64,000 nt of DNA from an uncultured Phycisphaerales bacterium (GTDB lineage: Bacteria > Planctomycetota > Phycisphaerae > Tepidisphaerales > Tepidisphaeraceae). Below, piece by piece: positions 1 through 11,300 of the stretch. The position numbers and the translations under genes are program-made. Under the pieces are notes generated by a model, which saw only the letters and a program-made list of their open reading frames with translations, did no database searches and had not been told where the DNA came from. Position 1 is the first letter of the stretch; each line of letters opens with the position of its first letter. The DNA lies in contig CAVWVQ010000003.1 of the NCBI GenBank assembly GCA_963758525.1, positions 960,001 to 1,024,000 of the forward strand, written 5' to 3'.

Positions 1-207
1 TCTTCACCCTTGGCTCGGATGTGTCGGCCTTGCTTGGTGCAGTCTTCTACCCGCGCGTCTGACATCCGTTGCGTGAGATGGGCGAATGACTCATACCACA
101 TGGCGACGCTGGATTGAGGTTCTGCAACAAATTCAGATCGGGGTACCTCTGAAGAGTCCGCGCGCTGGGTGTAACTTTTATTTGTGGCGATTGCAGATTT
201 TGCGATC

Positions 208-275
208 GTAGGGCGGGATTCATCCCGCCGTTTTCTCAGCCGGCCAACAAATCGGCGGGATGAATCCCGCCCTAC
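208..275. repeat. REPIN-like doublet of GTAG-family REP palindromes
   Basis: GTAGGGCGGGATTCATCCCGCCG (208-230) and its exact reverse complement (253-275); starts with GTAG and each arm has an internal palindrome. Confidence 0.8.
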
Positions 276-372
276 TCGGAGCCGATCGCCACTTTCGAGC
301 GCCACACCCCGCGCGCTTCAGAGCGACGGACTTCCGTTGTCGAAGAGGAGGCGGCGAGTAGGATGTCTGGCG

Positions 373-2106
373 ATGCACGTAGCAGCCACGCAAACCACAT
401 TGCCCGACGATTTGCGGACGCCGGCATCTTCGCGGTCGGGAGAGCCCGGCGCAGCCCGCTTGGGAGCTGCCATCTTTTGGCTGGCGCTGGCGATGCATCT
501 GCCCTGGCTGGGAATCTCGCCGATCGCCGGGACGGAGGGGCACCGCATCTTCCCGGCGCACGCGATGGTGCAGACCGGGTGGTGGTCGGTGCCGATGCTG
601 TTCGGCCGGCCGCTGCTGTCGAAACCGCCACTGCACCATTGGCTCATTGCCCTGTCGGAGACGATCACGCGCCGAGGCAATGTGTTTGTCTGGCGGTTGC
701 CGTCCGCAATTAACGGGGCCGCGGTTTGCGCCGTGGCCTGCTGGTTTGCGGTGCGATGGTTCGGCCGCGTCGCGGGATGGATCAGCGGGTTTTGCGCGGT
801 GGGGCTGATCACGATCTGGGGGCAGGCGCACGTCGCCGATATTGACGCGACCAACACGCTGGCCGCGGCGCTGACGGCGCTATGCGGGATCGAGCTGTTT
901 GTCGCGCGCCGCGAAATGGTGGTGCAGGCTTCCAGCCTGCCGCGCGCGGAGCAGCCTGGAAGCCCGCACCGCAATCAGGCCGCCGCGTGGGTGATGACAA
1001 CCGGATTGGCGCTGGCCGCGACAATCATGACCAAGGGCCCTGGCGGACTTCCGATCATTCTCGGTGTCTGGGTGTATGCGCTGATCGCTGTCGGGCGCGG
1101 GCAACGTCTCGGCCTTTTCGCGTCGGCGCGTTTCTGGCTGCCGTGGGTGATTGCGATCGCCCTGTTCGGCTTATGGGTGCTTGCAGCCTGGCATGCGCTG
1201 CACGTGCGTGGATTGCCGATTGATTGGAAGGGAGTCAATGAAGGATCTCGGAAAGTGCATGCCGGTTCGTTGAAGGCGCTGGCGCAGTCGCTGGCGGTGC
1301 TGCCGCCGCAGTTGGTGCTTTTCGCGTTGCCGGTGTCGCTGGCACTGCCGCTCTATTTCCATCCGGAGGTTCGGGCCAGGTTAACTGGATCGCGCGGAAC
1401 GATCGCCAAGGCATTGGTTGGCTCGGTTCTGCTGAGCTGGGCGGTCTGTGTGCTGACCGCAATGACCAACCCCCGCTATGCGTATCCCACGTTGATTCCG
1501 CTCTGCCCGCTGGCCGGCGCCGTCGCCGTTGCTGCAGGCAGCGGGGTGCGATCGCGCGCATTGCTCGGAGCCGCCGCATCCATCAGCGCGATCTTGTTCG
1601 TCGCGGGATCGGCGGCGCTGACGAAGATGGGCTGGCCGACGGCATGGGGAAAGCCGCTGCTCGGTGTGACCTTGATCGCGATCCTGGCCGTCGCGGGCTG
1701 GACGATCTGGCAGCTGCGGTCTTCGTGGCGCGGGGCGTGGGGCCTGGCACTGCTGGCGGTGCTGGCGATCATTCCGTTCTCCGTTCACGAACAACTGGCG
1801 CGCATTGCGACCTCGGGAGTCGGCGTAGCGCCGATCCTGGAACGCGTCGTCGGGGAAAATGGCGTCGTCGCCGTTGGCGGAGCGGTGACGTCAAAGCCGG
1901 AGGCGTTTTACTATGCCAGGGTGCAGCTTCACTTCTACAAACCGGATTTCACGCCACAGGCGGTGCCGCCGGGAAGTTGGGTGGTGCTGGATCAGGCCGA
2001 GCGCAAGCGGTGGCTGGCCGTGCCGGGCGTGAGGCTGGAGCAGGACCGATTTCTCTGTAAGTGGGGGCCGACAAACTACTTCATCGCCTGGTATGCGGCA
2101 CGCTGA
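373..2106 (+). CDS. ArnT/PMT-like (GT-C) membrane glycosyltransferase
   Basis: Polytopic membrane protein with VP..FG.P.LSKPPLHHWL, WRLPSA and MTKGP motifs; ATG 373 preferred because the longer ORF start runs through a REP element. Confidence 0.8.
   Translation: MHVAATQTTLPDDLRTPASSRSGEPGAARLGAAIFWLALAMHLPWLGISPIAGTEGHRIFPAHAMVQTGWWSVPMLFGRPLLSKPPLHHWLIALSETITRRGNVFVWRLPSAINGAAVCAVACWFAVRWFGRVAGWISGFCAVGLITIWGQAHVADIDATNTLAAALTALCGIELFVARREMVVQASSLPRAEQPGSPHRNQAAAWVMTTGLALAATIMTKGPGGLPIILGVWVYALIAVGRGQRLGLFASARFWLPWVIAIALFGLWVLAAWHALHVRGLPIDWKGVNEGSRKVHAGSLKALAQSLAVLPPQLVLFALPVSLALPLYFHPEVRARLTGSRGTIAKALVGSVLLSWAVCVLTAMTNPRYAYPTLIPLCPLAGAVAVAAGSGVRSRALLGAAASISAILFVAGSAALTKMGWPTAWGKPLLGVTLIAILAVAGWTIWQLRSSWRGAWGLALLAVLAIIPFSVHEQLARIATSGVGVAPILERVVGENGVVAVGGAVTSKPEAFYYARVQLHFYKPDFTPQAVPPGSWVVLDQAERKRWLAVPGVRLEQDRFLCKWGPTNYFIAWYAAR
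919..972. repeat. REP-like inverted doublet inserted in-frame in the ArnT-like gene
   Basis: GTGGTGCAGGCTTCCAGCCTGC ... GCAGCCTGGAAGCCCGCACCGC; an intergenic copy of one arm lies at 31611-31632. Confidence 0.7.
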
Positions 2107-2177
2107 TTTCTATAGCCGGGGCAGAATTTCCGCATCGTTTGTCCTAGAATTGCTTGATCAGTTGAAAGGAACACAAG

Positions 2178-2903
2178 ATGTCCATGTATCCGAATTCAAA
2201 TCGACCGTACCCGATGGCTTACGAAGCGCAGGGCGCAAGCTCCGCTGCCATCACAACATTCTTCAATGCCGTCTACGCGTGGATGGCCGCCGGCTTGGCC
2301 CTCACCGCCGTGGTGGCCTGGTATATCTCGACGCAGCCGGACGTCATGCGGATGTTCATCGGCGGACCGCTGATGTGGATCTGTCTGATTGCCGAATTGG
2401 TTCTCGTTGCCACCGTCGCCATGGCCGTCCAGCGCCTCTCCGCCTCTGCGGCAACCGCGCTCTTCCTGCTCTACGCGGGGCTCAACGGGCTGACCCTCTC
2501 GGTGATCTTCGTGGTCTACGCCCATGCCGTCCTGGCCAGCGCCTTCATCATCACGGCAGGAATGTTCGGCGCAATGAGCGTGTACGGACACGTAACACGG
2601 CGCGATCTGACCGGCTTCGGCAGTCTGCTGTTCATGGGACTGATTGGAGTCGTTCTCGCCTCAGTCGTCAGCATCTTCTGGCACAACACGATGCTGAACA
2701 CCATCATCAATTACGTCGGCGTCTTCGTGTTTGTTGGTCTTACCGCCTACGACACCCAGCGCCTACGCCAGATCGCGATCGCCACGCAGGGGAACGCAGC
2801 GGCCGCCGCCCGCATGTCGGTTAACGGCGCACTGATGCTCTACCTCGACTTCATCAACCTGTTCTTGTTCCTGCTCCGCATTCTGGGCGACCGTCAGCGA
2901 TGA
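2178..2903 (+). CDS. Bax inhibitor-1/YccA family membrane protein
   Basis: Seven hydrophobic segments, TAYDTQRL and LYLDFINLFLFLLRILG C-terminal signature; AAGGAA RBS. Confidence 0.92.
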   Translation: MSMYPNSNRPYPMAYEAQGASSAAITTFFNAVYAWMAAGLALTAVVAWYISTQPDVMRMFIGGPLMWICLIAELVLVATVAMAVQRLSASAATALFLLYAGLNGLTLSVIFVVYAHAVLASAFIITAGMFGAMSVYGHVTRRDLTGFGSLLFMGLIGVVLASVVSIFWHNTMLNTIINYVGVFVFVGLTAYDTQRLRQIAIATQGNAAAAARMSVNGALMLYLDFINLFLFLLRILGDRQR

Positions 2904-2937
2904 TGAGCGACTTGGATTTCCGGCCGGCTTCCTGCCT

Positions 2938-2975
2938 CCTCCCCTCGTACCCGGGGGGAGGATCGAGGTGGGGGG
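2938..2975 (+). repeat. GTAC-centred dispersed palindromic repeat, copy 1
   Basis: CCTCCCCTCGTACCCGGGGGGAGGATCGAGGTGGGGGG; related copies at 15251-15289 (-) and 43458-43496 (+). Confidence 0.55.
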
Positions 2976-3059
2976 AAAATCGCGAACTTGCCTTGGCCCA
3001 CCGGGCTGATGAACCCCCGCCCAACCCCGCGCCGCAAGTAACCCGAAGCGGATTCCCCC

Positions 3060-3113
3060 GTCGCACAGCCGTCTCGGCTGTGATTTCGGCCACAGCCGAG
3101 ACGGCTGTGCTAC
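3060..3113. repeat. REPIN-like doublet (CACAGCCGTCTCGGCTGTG family)
   Basis: GTCGCACAGCCGTCTCGGCTGTG ... CACAGCCGAGACGGCTGTGCTAC, ending in CTAC (reverse GTAG); between convergent genes. Confidence 0.75.
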
Positions 3114-3171
3114 AAATTGCGTCCCCTATCAGTAGCTCAGCGATTGATCATGTTTTTCCGTGCGCGAACGC

Positions 3172-4425
3172 CTACCGTTGATACGGCGCTGCCGCCGTTC
3201 GTTCCGCGCTCGTCTCCGCGTCAACCGCAATCCGCGGTATCCGCGGCCCGATCCGGCAGAATATCTCGTACGGGATCGTCTGCTCCCACTCGGCAAGCTG
3301 ATAGACGCTGGCCGCCGACAGCGGATCATCGTCCAGCAGCGTCACTTCGTCGCCAACGCGTGCGGGCCAATCGCCCAGATCGACAGTCATCATGTCCATG
3401 CTGACGCGCCCGACGACCGAAATCGCCCGTCCATTGATCAGCACTACCGCTTCGCCGCCGAAGCGGCGCGGGTAGCCGTCGGCGTAGCCAACCGGGATCA
3501 GGCCGATGCGGGTGTCGCGCGGGGCGATCCAGCTTTGGCCGTAGCCGACGCCAGTATGTTTGGGGATCGACCGCACCGAGATCAGCGGCGCGGTCCACTT
3601 CATCACCGGGCGAAGCGGCCGGTTCAGCGACGGCCGCGACGTGGGATCGATCCCATACAGCGCCAGGCCCGGACGAACCATGTCCAGGTGTGAATCGGTC
3701 GAGAAAAAGATGGCTGCCGTGTTGGCCGCGTGGCGCAAAAATCGCCCGGGCATCGCGGCGGCGATGTCGTCGGTCGCGTGACGAAAGCGATTCAATTGCT
3801 CCTGATTGAAGGGATCGTCGGCGCGCTCCGCGTTGGCGAAATGCGTGCCCAATGCGGCCAGCCTGAGCGAAGGGCGCGACTCGATTCGATGCAGCAGTTC
3901 GTGAAGCCCGTCGATGCCCACCCCGCAGCGCGTCATGCCGGTGTCGATCATCACCTGCACCTCGGCTCGCTTCTCACACGCCAGCGCCACTCGCGCCACA
4001 TCGTCCGCGGCCGCGGGCGTCGAGACCGTCAGCACCCAGCCGTTGCGAATCGCCATTTCCAGCTTCGGGCGCTGCCGCCCGATGAACACGTTCTCAATCG
4101 GCCGGAAGATGAAGATCGTCGCCGCAAGGTCCTCGGGAAGCCGGCAGGCTTCATCGATGCTGGCAACCGCGATCGCATCAATGGCGGGGCGCGCCGAGCG
4201 TTCCGTCCCGAAGTTGCAGAGCGTGTCCGCGACAATGTTGGCATCGTGCCCGTAGGCGTCTGCCTTGATGATCGCGCAGACGCGCACGCGTTCGCCCAGC
4301 GATCGGCGAATCACCTTGGCGTTATGTATGAGTGCAGCGCGGGAAATGAGTACCCGCGGTTCCCCGAGGGAGTGCTTCGCATCCATGCGATCGGCTCCGT
4401 TCCGTGAGGGATCGTTCCGGTCCAT
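3172..4425 (-). CDS. alr: Alanine racemase
   Basis: IIKADAYGH (PLP lysine), IDTGMTR.G, THFANAE, MVRPGLALYG, VGYG, GYADGY, GRVSMD, TIPYEI. Confidence 0.95.
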   Translation of the reverse strand: MDRNDPSRNGADRMDAKHSLGEPRVLISRAALIHNAKVIRRSLGERVRVCAIIKADAYGHDANIVADTLCNFGTERSARPAIDAIAVASIDEACRLPEDLAATIFIFRPIENVFIGRQRPKLEMAIRNGWVLTVSTPAAADDVARVALACEKRAEVQVMIDTGMTRCGVGIDGLHELLHRIESRPSLRLAALGTHFANAERADDPFNQEQLNRFRHATDDIAAAMPGRFLRHAANTAAIFFSTDSHLDMVRPGLALYGIDPTSRPSLNRPLRPVMKWTAPLISVRSIPKHTGVGYGQSWIAPRDTRIGLIPVGYADGYPRRFGGEAVVLINGRAISVVGRVSMDMMTVDLGDWPARVGDEVTLLDDDPLSAASVYQLAEWEQTIPYEIFCRIGPRIPRIAVDAETSAERTAAAPYQR

Positions 4426-4491
4426 CCATTCGACGCGCGGAGTATAGCGTGCAAGGAGTCAGGAGCAAGGAGTCGGAAGACAGTCGAAAGA

Positions 4492-4812
4492 CAAGGCACG
4501 GAGGGGGAAGGCACGGAGGCACGCAGGGATAGGCACGAAGGCACGAAGGCACGAAGGCACGAAGGGGAGGACGCTTCGCGACAGAGGGTAGATCGATAAC
4601 ACGAGCAAATCGAAGAGCCGCTATGGCGCGAAGCCCGGAGTGAAGATGAGCGTCCAAGGTTCCCAACAAAAATCCCCTTCCTCCCCTTCGTGCCTCCGTG
4701 CCTCCGTGCCTTCGTGCCTTCCCCCACCCTTCGTGCCTCCGTGCCTCCGTGCCTTCGTGCCTTCCCCCACGCTTCGTGCCTCCGTGCCTTCCCCCACCCT
4801 CCGTGCCTTCCC
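4492..4812. repeat. Inverted array of 8-nt GGCACG(A/G)A repeats (MITE-like intergenic element)
   Basis: Left arm of GGCACGAA/GGCACGGA units, right arm of TTCGTGCC/TCCGTGCC units; shares AAGGCACGAAGGGGAGGACGCTTCGCG with the element near 18350. Confidence 0.8.
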
Positions 4813-4869
4813 ATGCCCTTTAACTTGAAGCCACAACCGTCCATCGACCGATAATCCCTGTGAAACCCG

Positions 4870-5352
4870 ATGAGTGATGCATTTGCCCGAAAATCGCGGG
4901 GGCGACCAAGCCGAAAGCCGGCGGAGGGGCCGGCGGATTTCGCGGCGGGATTCAGCGACTTCAATCAGTTGGCCCTTTGGACGGCCGCCACCCTGGCCGG
5001 GATGGTCACCTCCATGCTCCTGGCACGCACGCCGTTCTTCCGCAAGCTGATGAGCCGGCTGTATCCGGAGCGCCGCCCGCTCACGTTCCACCAGAGCCCC
5101 TCAAAGCGCGAGTCGCTGCCGATGCTCGCCGACGCGATCATCGGCAGCCCCAAGTGCACCATCCTCGCCGTCTTCGGCCCGCCGCGCACCGCGGTCGTCA
5201 GTGATTCTTCTGACGCCGCGGAACCGAGCTTCTGGCAGGCGCAGACTTGGTATTACGCCCTGCCGAAAAATGATCGCATGGCCATGGCGGTCCGCTTCGA
5301 CCGCGAAATGGCAAGAAGCGTCGATTTCTTCAAGCCGCCGCGAGGGGCATGA
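4870..5352 (+). CDS. Hypothetical protein with one TM segment and a possible SmpA/BamE-like C-terminal domain
   Basis: 160-aa ORF with coding-like codons, hydrophobic LALWTAATLAGMVTSMLLA, ILAVFGPP...TWYY pattern; followed by a hairpin. Confidence 0.55.
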   Translation: MSDAFARKSRGRPSRKPAEGPADFAAGFSDFNQLALWTAATLAGMVTSMLLARTPFFRKLMSRLYPERRPLTFHQSPSKRESLPMLADAIIGSPKCTILAVFGPPRTAVVSDSSDAAEPSFWQAQTWYYALPKNDRMAMAVRFDREMARSVDFFKPPRGA

Positions 5353-5384
5353 AAGCCGACGGATTGCCATCCGTCGGCATTTAG
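5352..5384 (+). terminator. Hairpin of the GCCGACGGA...TCCGTCGGC family, probable terminator
   Basis: GCCGACGGAT-TGCC-ATCCGTCGGC immediately after the stop codon; related stems near 24265 and 29545. Confidence 0.5.
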
Positions 5385-5668
5385 TGCTCTGCAGAAAAGT
5401 CCGCACTCCCGTGCGGTACTTTTCTTTGTTGATCGCATCCACGCTCTTCCGCCACAATAGGGTACGATGGGCTGGCGATGGGAATCGCCGGGGAACCAGT
5501 CAAGGCGACGTAATTGTCGTCCGTCGGGGCTTGCCTGTCGCGTTTCGGGCCATGTGCGTCCAACGCAAAGTTTTCCAACAATTCCCTGATCAAAGCGTAT
5601 TCTCTATCTGATGGACCATTCCCAGCACGGGATGGCATCACAACGCCGGCGGTATTTCGGAGGAAATT

Positions 5669-7170
5669 ATGAATCGTCAACGCACTCATCGCACCAATTC
5701 GCGCAACGCTGCAACTCGGCGTGAATTCCTCAAACACTCGGCCTTGGCCGCCGGAGCGGGTTATTGGATCGCAAACGGGCCGCGGGTTCTTGCGCTGCAG
5801 GAGCAGGCGGCCAATGATCGGCTGAACGTCGCCTGCATCGGCATCGGCGGGAAGGGAGACAGCGATTCCGAGCAGGTCGCACGGCATGCGAACGTGGTGG
5901 CGGTCTGTGACGTGGACGACAAACGGCTCGACGCCAAGATCGCCCAGGATGTGAAGGGCGTCGGCAAGGCCTTCGAAAAGGCGGGAAGATACAACGATTT
6001 TCGCAAGATGTTTGACGAGCTTGGCAAGACCATCGACGCCGTGACGATCACGGTTCCCGATCACATGCACGCCGTCGCCACGATGATGGCGATCAAACTC
6101 GGCAAGCACGTGTATACGCAAAAGCCCGTCGCGCACGATGTCTGGGAAGCTCGCCAGCTTCGGCTCGCCGCGAAGGAGGCAAAGATCGCCTCGCAGATGG
6201 GCAACCAGGGAACCGCGAGCCCCAAATTTCGCGAGGGCGTCGAACTGATCCGCGCTGGAATGCTGGGGGCGGTGACAGAGGTTCACGTCTGGACCAACCG
6301 GCCGATCTGGCCGCAGGCGCCCAAGATTATGGAGCGGCCGCCCGCACAACCCACCCCCCCGTATCTTCATTGGGACGAATGGCTCGGGACCGCGCCGAGC
6401 GGCCGTACAGCTCCGCCTATCATCCCTTCAAATGGCGCGGTTTCTGGGATTTCGGCTGCGGCGCGCTGGGCGACATGGGTTGCCATACCGCGAACCTTCC
6501 GTTCATGGCGCTCAAGCTCGGCTATCCCTCGTCCGTTGAAGGAGAAGCCGGGGATTTGAACCCCGAGACTTGCCCGTCCTGGGCGCGGGTGCGATACCAG
6601 TTCCCCGCGCGGGAAGGGATGCCGCCGGTGAAAGTGAACTGGTACGAGGGACGCAAGGATAACGTTCTGGTTCATCCTCCCGAGGACTTGGTAGCGACGG
6701 TTCTCAGCGAGTTCGCCAAAATTCCGCACGATGAGAAGAAGAGAAAAAACGGATCGGCCACACCCGAAGTCGAGAAGAAGCCAAAGCTCAACGACAGCGG
6801 ATCGATCATTGTCGGCGACAAGGGAATTCTCTATTCCCCGCACGATTATGGCGGTGCCTGGCACCTTCTGCCCGTGGAGAAATTCCGCGATTACAAAGCC
6901 CCGGCGGAAACCCTGCCGCGCAATCCGAAGGGAGACGACGAAGGGCAGAAGATGGAATGGATCGCCGCCATCAAGGGCGGCGCGCCCGCCCTGAGCAACT
7001 TCGACTACGCCGGCATGCTCACGGAATTCATCCTGCTCGGCAATGTCGCGATCAAGAGCATGGGCACCAAGCTGGATTGGGACGGCCCCCGCATGAAATT
7101 CCCCAACGCCCCCCAGGCCGAAAAGCTGCTGCGGCGCGAATACCGCGCACCGTGGTCGGCGCTGACTTGA
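5669..7170 (+). CDS. Tat-exported Gfo/Idh/MocA family oxidoreductase (apparent frameshift near 6396)
   Basis: TRREFLK Tat motif, IGIGGKG, PDHMHA, HVYTQKP, QMGNQG in ORF 5669-6559; continues WRGFWDFGCGALGDMGCH in ORF 6370-7170; one added base at GCGCCGAGC restores APERPY. Confidence 0.9.
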
Positions 7171-7655
7171 TATTGGGGCCGCAAGGTTGCGGGTCGGCGC
7201 TCCGAGGAACACCTCGGGGCGCCGGCCCCATCATTCCGACGTATACACGTCGGCGCCCTTTTTTACATGTGTCGTGAGGCCCGATCAGCATGGCGAGTGC
7301 GACCGCCAGCACGATCCCGCGCATCTCAACCCTTCGCGCCTCGGGAACGGCCGCCAATAGCTCCCACTGAAGTTCGACAACACGCCGCGCCGCGGCTTTG
7401 ACGAACTCCTTCTCGTCAGCCGTCAACTGGATGGAGGCAAGAATCTCCTTCAACTTCGCTCCGGCCTCTCGTATCGCAATGTCCGCTGGATTTTCCATAG
7501 CTCCAATCTCCAACTTATAGGACTTTGTTGCGGGCTGGTATTGATGCCCTCGGTGACAGTCCCCGCCGCAACAGATCGTCGGACTCTTCTTCTCAAGCGG
7601 CGACGGCAATCGAACGATGAATGGTGGGCTGACTCGTTCAAGGGAGACTCTGAAA

Positions 7656-8132
7656 ATGCGCCCGACCCATAAATTCATCATTCTCGCTGCTGCTGGCGTC
7701 CTTTCGACAGGATGCATTGTTCGAACGTACGAGCCCTATCCGGCGCCGCCCCCGCCGCCGCCGCAGGAGGAAGTGGTCGTGGGCGGGCCAGTCTTTGAAG
7801 GGCCGGGCGTGGAAGTGATTGAGGTCGAACCTGCGCCAGTGGAGCGGGTGTATGTCTACGACCCGGGCTATCCCCCTGGCTGCTATTTCTACGGCGGATA
7901 TTACTGGTATGGCGGATACCGCTATGAGCACGATGTTTTCATCCACCGCTATGTCACCGTGAACATCCGCGAACGCCGGTACGTCAACGTCGAACAGAAC
8001 CGCCAATACGGCCGGCAAATGGAGGCTCGCCAACGTTCTGAATTTGCCGTGAATCATGGCCAGCCCGCAGGCCGCCCCATCCGGGCGGCCGCCCGTCCGG
8101 GTCCTGCGCCGCGCCAAAGAGAACATTACTAA
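7656..8132 (+). CDS. Proline/tyrosine-rich predicted lipoprotein
   Basis: MRPTHKFIILAAAGVLSTG-C lipobox-like signal, poly-Pro linker, YYWYGGY aromatic segment; GGGAG RBS. Confidence 0.7.
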   Translation: MRPTHKFIILAAAGVLSTGCIVRTYEPYPAPPPPPPQEEVVVGGPVFEGPGVEVIEVEPAPVERVYVYDPGYPPGCYFYGGYYWYGGYRYEHDVFIHRYVTVNIRERRYVNVEQNRQYGRQMEARQRSEFAVNHGQPAGRPIRAAARPGPAPRQREHY

Positions 8133-8382
8133 AACGCCGCGGCCGGGGCGACTCTCGCTTCCCGATTCATCTATAGCGGCTGCCCCCCAAGGGCAGCCGC
8201 TTTTTTACGCGCACGATCGCAGACTGGCGCAATCTCATTAGTCAGTTATCCCTCGCGCCAATAACGATCACGGGAGGTGCTCGCAGCCGCGGATGTACAT
8301 CCGCGGCTACGGTACACTGAGCCGTCGCACTTGGACGAGGACGCCTCGAAATCGAACTACCCCAGGCGCAGTATTTGAGCCC

Positions 8383-11300
8383 TCACGTCCGCGCGACAGT
8401 GAGGGTTCCCGCCGATGCAGCCTGGCTGGTCGCGCCGGTGGGATCCGTTATCTGCATCACGAGATGGTAGACCCCGTTTGGAACATTTGCGGGGAGTTTC
8501 CTGAGTTTCACGCGAAACGATGCATGCTTGCCGGGTTTGAGCCTGATCGCGGCGCTGCTCGTCGCGACGAGGATCGAATTGGAATCGAGAGTCGTGCCGC
8601 TCGAGAGATAGAGCTTTCCGTGGGCCGCTCCATGAATGGCGCTGCCGGTGGTGTTGTCGAGCGTAATCGTTTGATGAACATTGATGGCAGGCGCGGTAAT
8701 GGCGGCCGCGGGCAGCTTGCCACTGAGAGTTGTCGTAAGGGCGCTGGAAACAGCCGGTCCGCTCACCGTGGCGACGGGCGTCGCCGTGATTTGGGAAGTA
8801 GCAGATGTCGAAGCGGCTTCCGAGGTTGCGGAAACCGCCGAGGATGTCGCGCCTCCCGCTGGTGTTTGAAAATACCAGTAGGCGCTGGGCGTCCCAGACT
8901 GCCCGTTGCTCAACACTCGAACATTCCATATGAAGGTGTCGCCGGCCGTTAACGGGGCGGACGAGGGAATCGTGAAGCTGGTCGCGGCCGCGCCGCTGAT
9001 CTGATAACTGACCGTTTTCTTCAGCGTTTCATCGTAGATGTTGATCTGGTAGCCACTGACGCCCGCCACCGCGTTCCACGTAAAGGTCGGCGTGAGACTG
9101 GTCACCACGGATCCCGGCGAGGTCGGCCCTTGCGGAGAGGTGATGACCGGAGCCGGCAGCGTGACCGGCGCGACGAATGTAAATCGGTCAGTTGTTGCAG
9201 CGGTCGAAGCACCGCCGGAGCCGCTGACGAGGATATCCACGGTTCCTGCGCCTTCGGCTGGCGCCGTGGCGGTGATAGACGTCGCGGAATTGATCTTGAA
9301 CGAAGTCGCGTTCACGGTGCCGAACCTCACTGTCGAAACTCCCGTGAAGTTTGATCCGGAAATCGTCACGACCGTTCCCCCGGCGGTGGAGCCGCTGCTG
9401 GGAGTGACCGAGCTGACGGAGGGCGAAGCGGTTGCCGCAACCGTGTGAAAATAGAGGTAGGCGCTTTCCGGCCCGGTCACACCGCCGCTGATCACGCGCA
9501 GGTTCCACACGAATTGATCTCCGGCAGAGATCGCGCCCGCAGGAAGTGTGAAACTGGTGGCAGTGGGACTGATGTCGTAGCTGAGATATTTCGCCGCCGT
9601 CGAATCATACAGGTGAAGCTGATATCCATTGATGGTCCCCGTGACGGCGTGCCAGGTGAACGTCGGCGTTAATGTGGTCAGCGACGATCCGGGCGATGTC
9701 GTGCTGCCCGGGCCGATGACGACCGGCACCGGGAGAGACGTGCGCGACGGGGTCTGGAAGTAGAGCGAGTTGCTCGACGGTCCGCTCACCGATCCGTTCA
9801 CGCCATGCACGTTCCAGACGAACTTGTCGCCCGCCGCCATCACGTCGGTGCCGATCGTATAGCTGTTGACCGAGGCGCCGACGCTGAAGGTGGAAACTTT
9901 GTTGAGCGTGAGATCGGTAAGACTGATCTGATACCCCGTCACAGAAGCGACGCTGCTCCATTGTAATACCGGTGCTGTAGAGAGCACCGGCCCCGGCTGC
10001 GCGGCGGTTCCCACTGAGACTGCGGTCGGCGCCGACAGAGCCGCGGAAGCAAACGTAAACTTGTCGGCAGTTGAGCCGGCGGATAGGCCGGCGGCGGTGA
10101 CGACATGCACATCCACGTTCCCGGCCGATTCCGCGGGCGTCGTGGCCGTGATGGAGGTAGAGGAGTTCACGGTGAACGACGCGGCGTACACCGTCCCAAA
10201 CGTAACGCTCGATGCTCCCGTAAAGTTTGTTCCAGTGATGGTGACGACCGTTCCACCGGTGGTCGGGCCGCTCGACGGCGCGACGCCTGTGACGACCGGC
10301 AGCGAAGTCGCGGCGGGCTCAGCCTGAAAAGAGAGATTGGCACTCGGCGGTCCGCTCTGCGTTCCATTGAGCCCGCGAACGTTCCACGCGTAGGTATCCC
10401 CCGCAACGAGCACGCCTGCGGCCAGCGTGTAGCTGGTGACGCTGGCTCCGACCTGATAGGAAGTCGTCGTGTTCGCCGTGCTGTTGTGAAGGTTGATTTG
10501 ATATCCCGTAACGCCGGAAACCCCATTCCATGTGAAAGTTGGTGTGTTCGTCGTCAGCGTCGGAATGGGGCTCGACGTGGTTCCCGGCCCGATCGCCACG
10601 GGCGCGGCCAGCGTGGTCGTTGCCGCATTCACCGTCACCGTGACAAGGTCCCTGATGGACAAACCCTGCGCATCCGTCGCCGCACATTGAAACAGATAGG
10701 TGCCAGGCGTAGTGAAGGTTGCAACTGTGTTCTTGGACGCGTTAGTTCCATTTACGCTGTACGTGACCGGACCGGGAATCGAGCCGACTGTCGCCCATGT
10801 ATACGTCAGGTTCGGTTCGCCGCCGTCGTCGCTGGCCAGCGCGCTGAGCGTAGTGGTGTTGTTCGTGACCGTCAGCGGAGATGCGCTGGGAGGATTGACG
10901 TAGACGGGCGGTTGATTGGTGCTCGTCGGCTCGTTGAGCATGACCTTGACGCTGTGGCCGTCCAGCACCTGCGTCGTGGCAAGATCCTGATACCCGTCGT
11001 TATTGAAATCGCCCGCGGCCGTCCAGCCCGGATAGACCGACGGGCTGTAGGTGATGGGAGCCTGGAAAGTGCCATCCCCGTTGCCCAGCAGCACCGCCAG
11101 TGAGCCTGGCTCATCGCCATCCGTGGCCTGGACGCCCCCCCGGTGTTGATGCCAACGTTGGTCACTACCAGATCGACTTTTCCATCGTGGTTGATGTCGA
11201 CGGGAATGACATCGCGGGGGTAGTTGCCGGGGTCGAAGCTCTTGGCCGGCTGGAACGTGCCGTCGCCGTTGCCCAGAAACACGTTGATGGTGTTGTCGTA

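Noticed and set aside
4492..4812. Possible CRISPR array in the short-repeat tracts here and at 18397-18522
   Set aside because: Units are 8-nt tandem repeats, or only two copies with a very short spacer; no regular repeat-spacer pattern and no cas genes
7052..7498. Minus-strand ORF MENPADIAIREAG... with a GGAG RBS
   Set aside because: N-terminus looks protein-like, but the ORF runs into the convergent oxidoreductase and matches nothing I recognise; possibly a remnant
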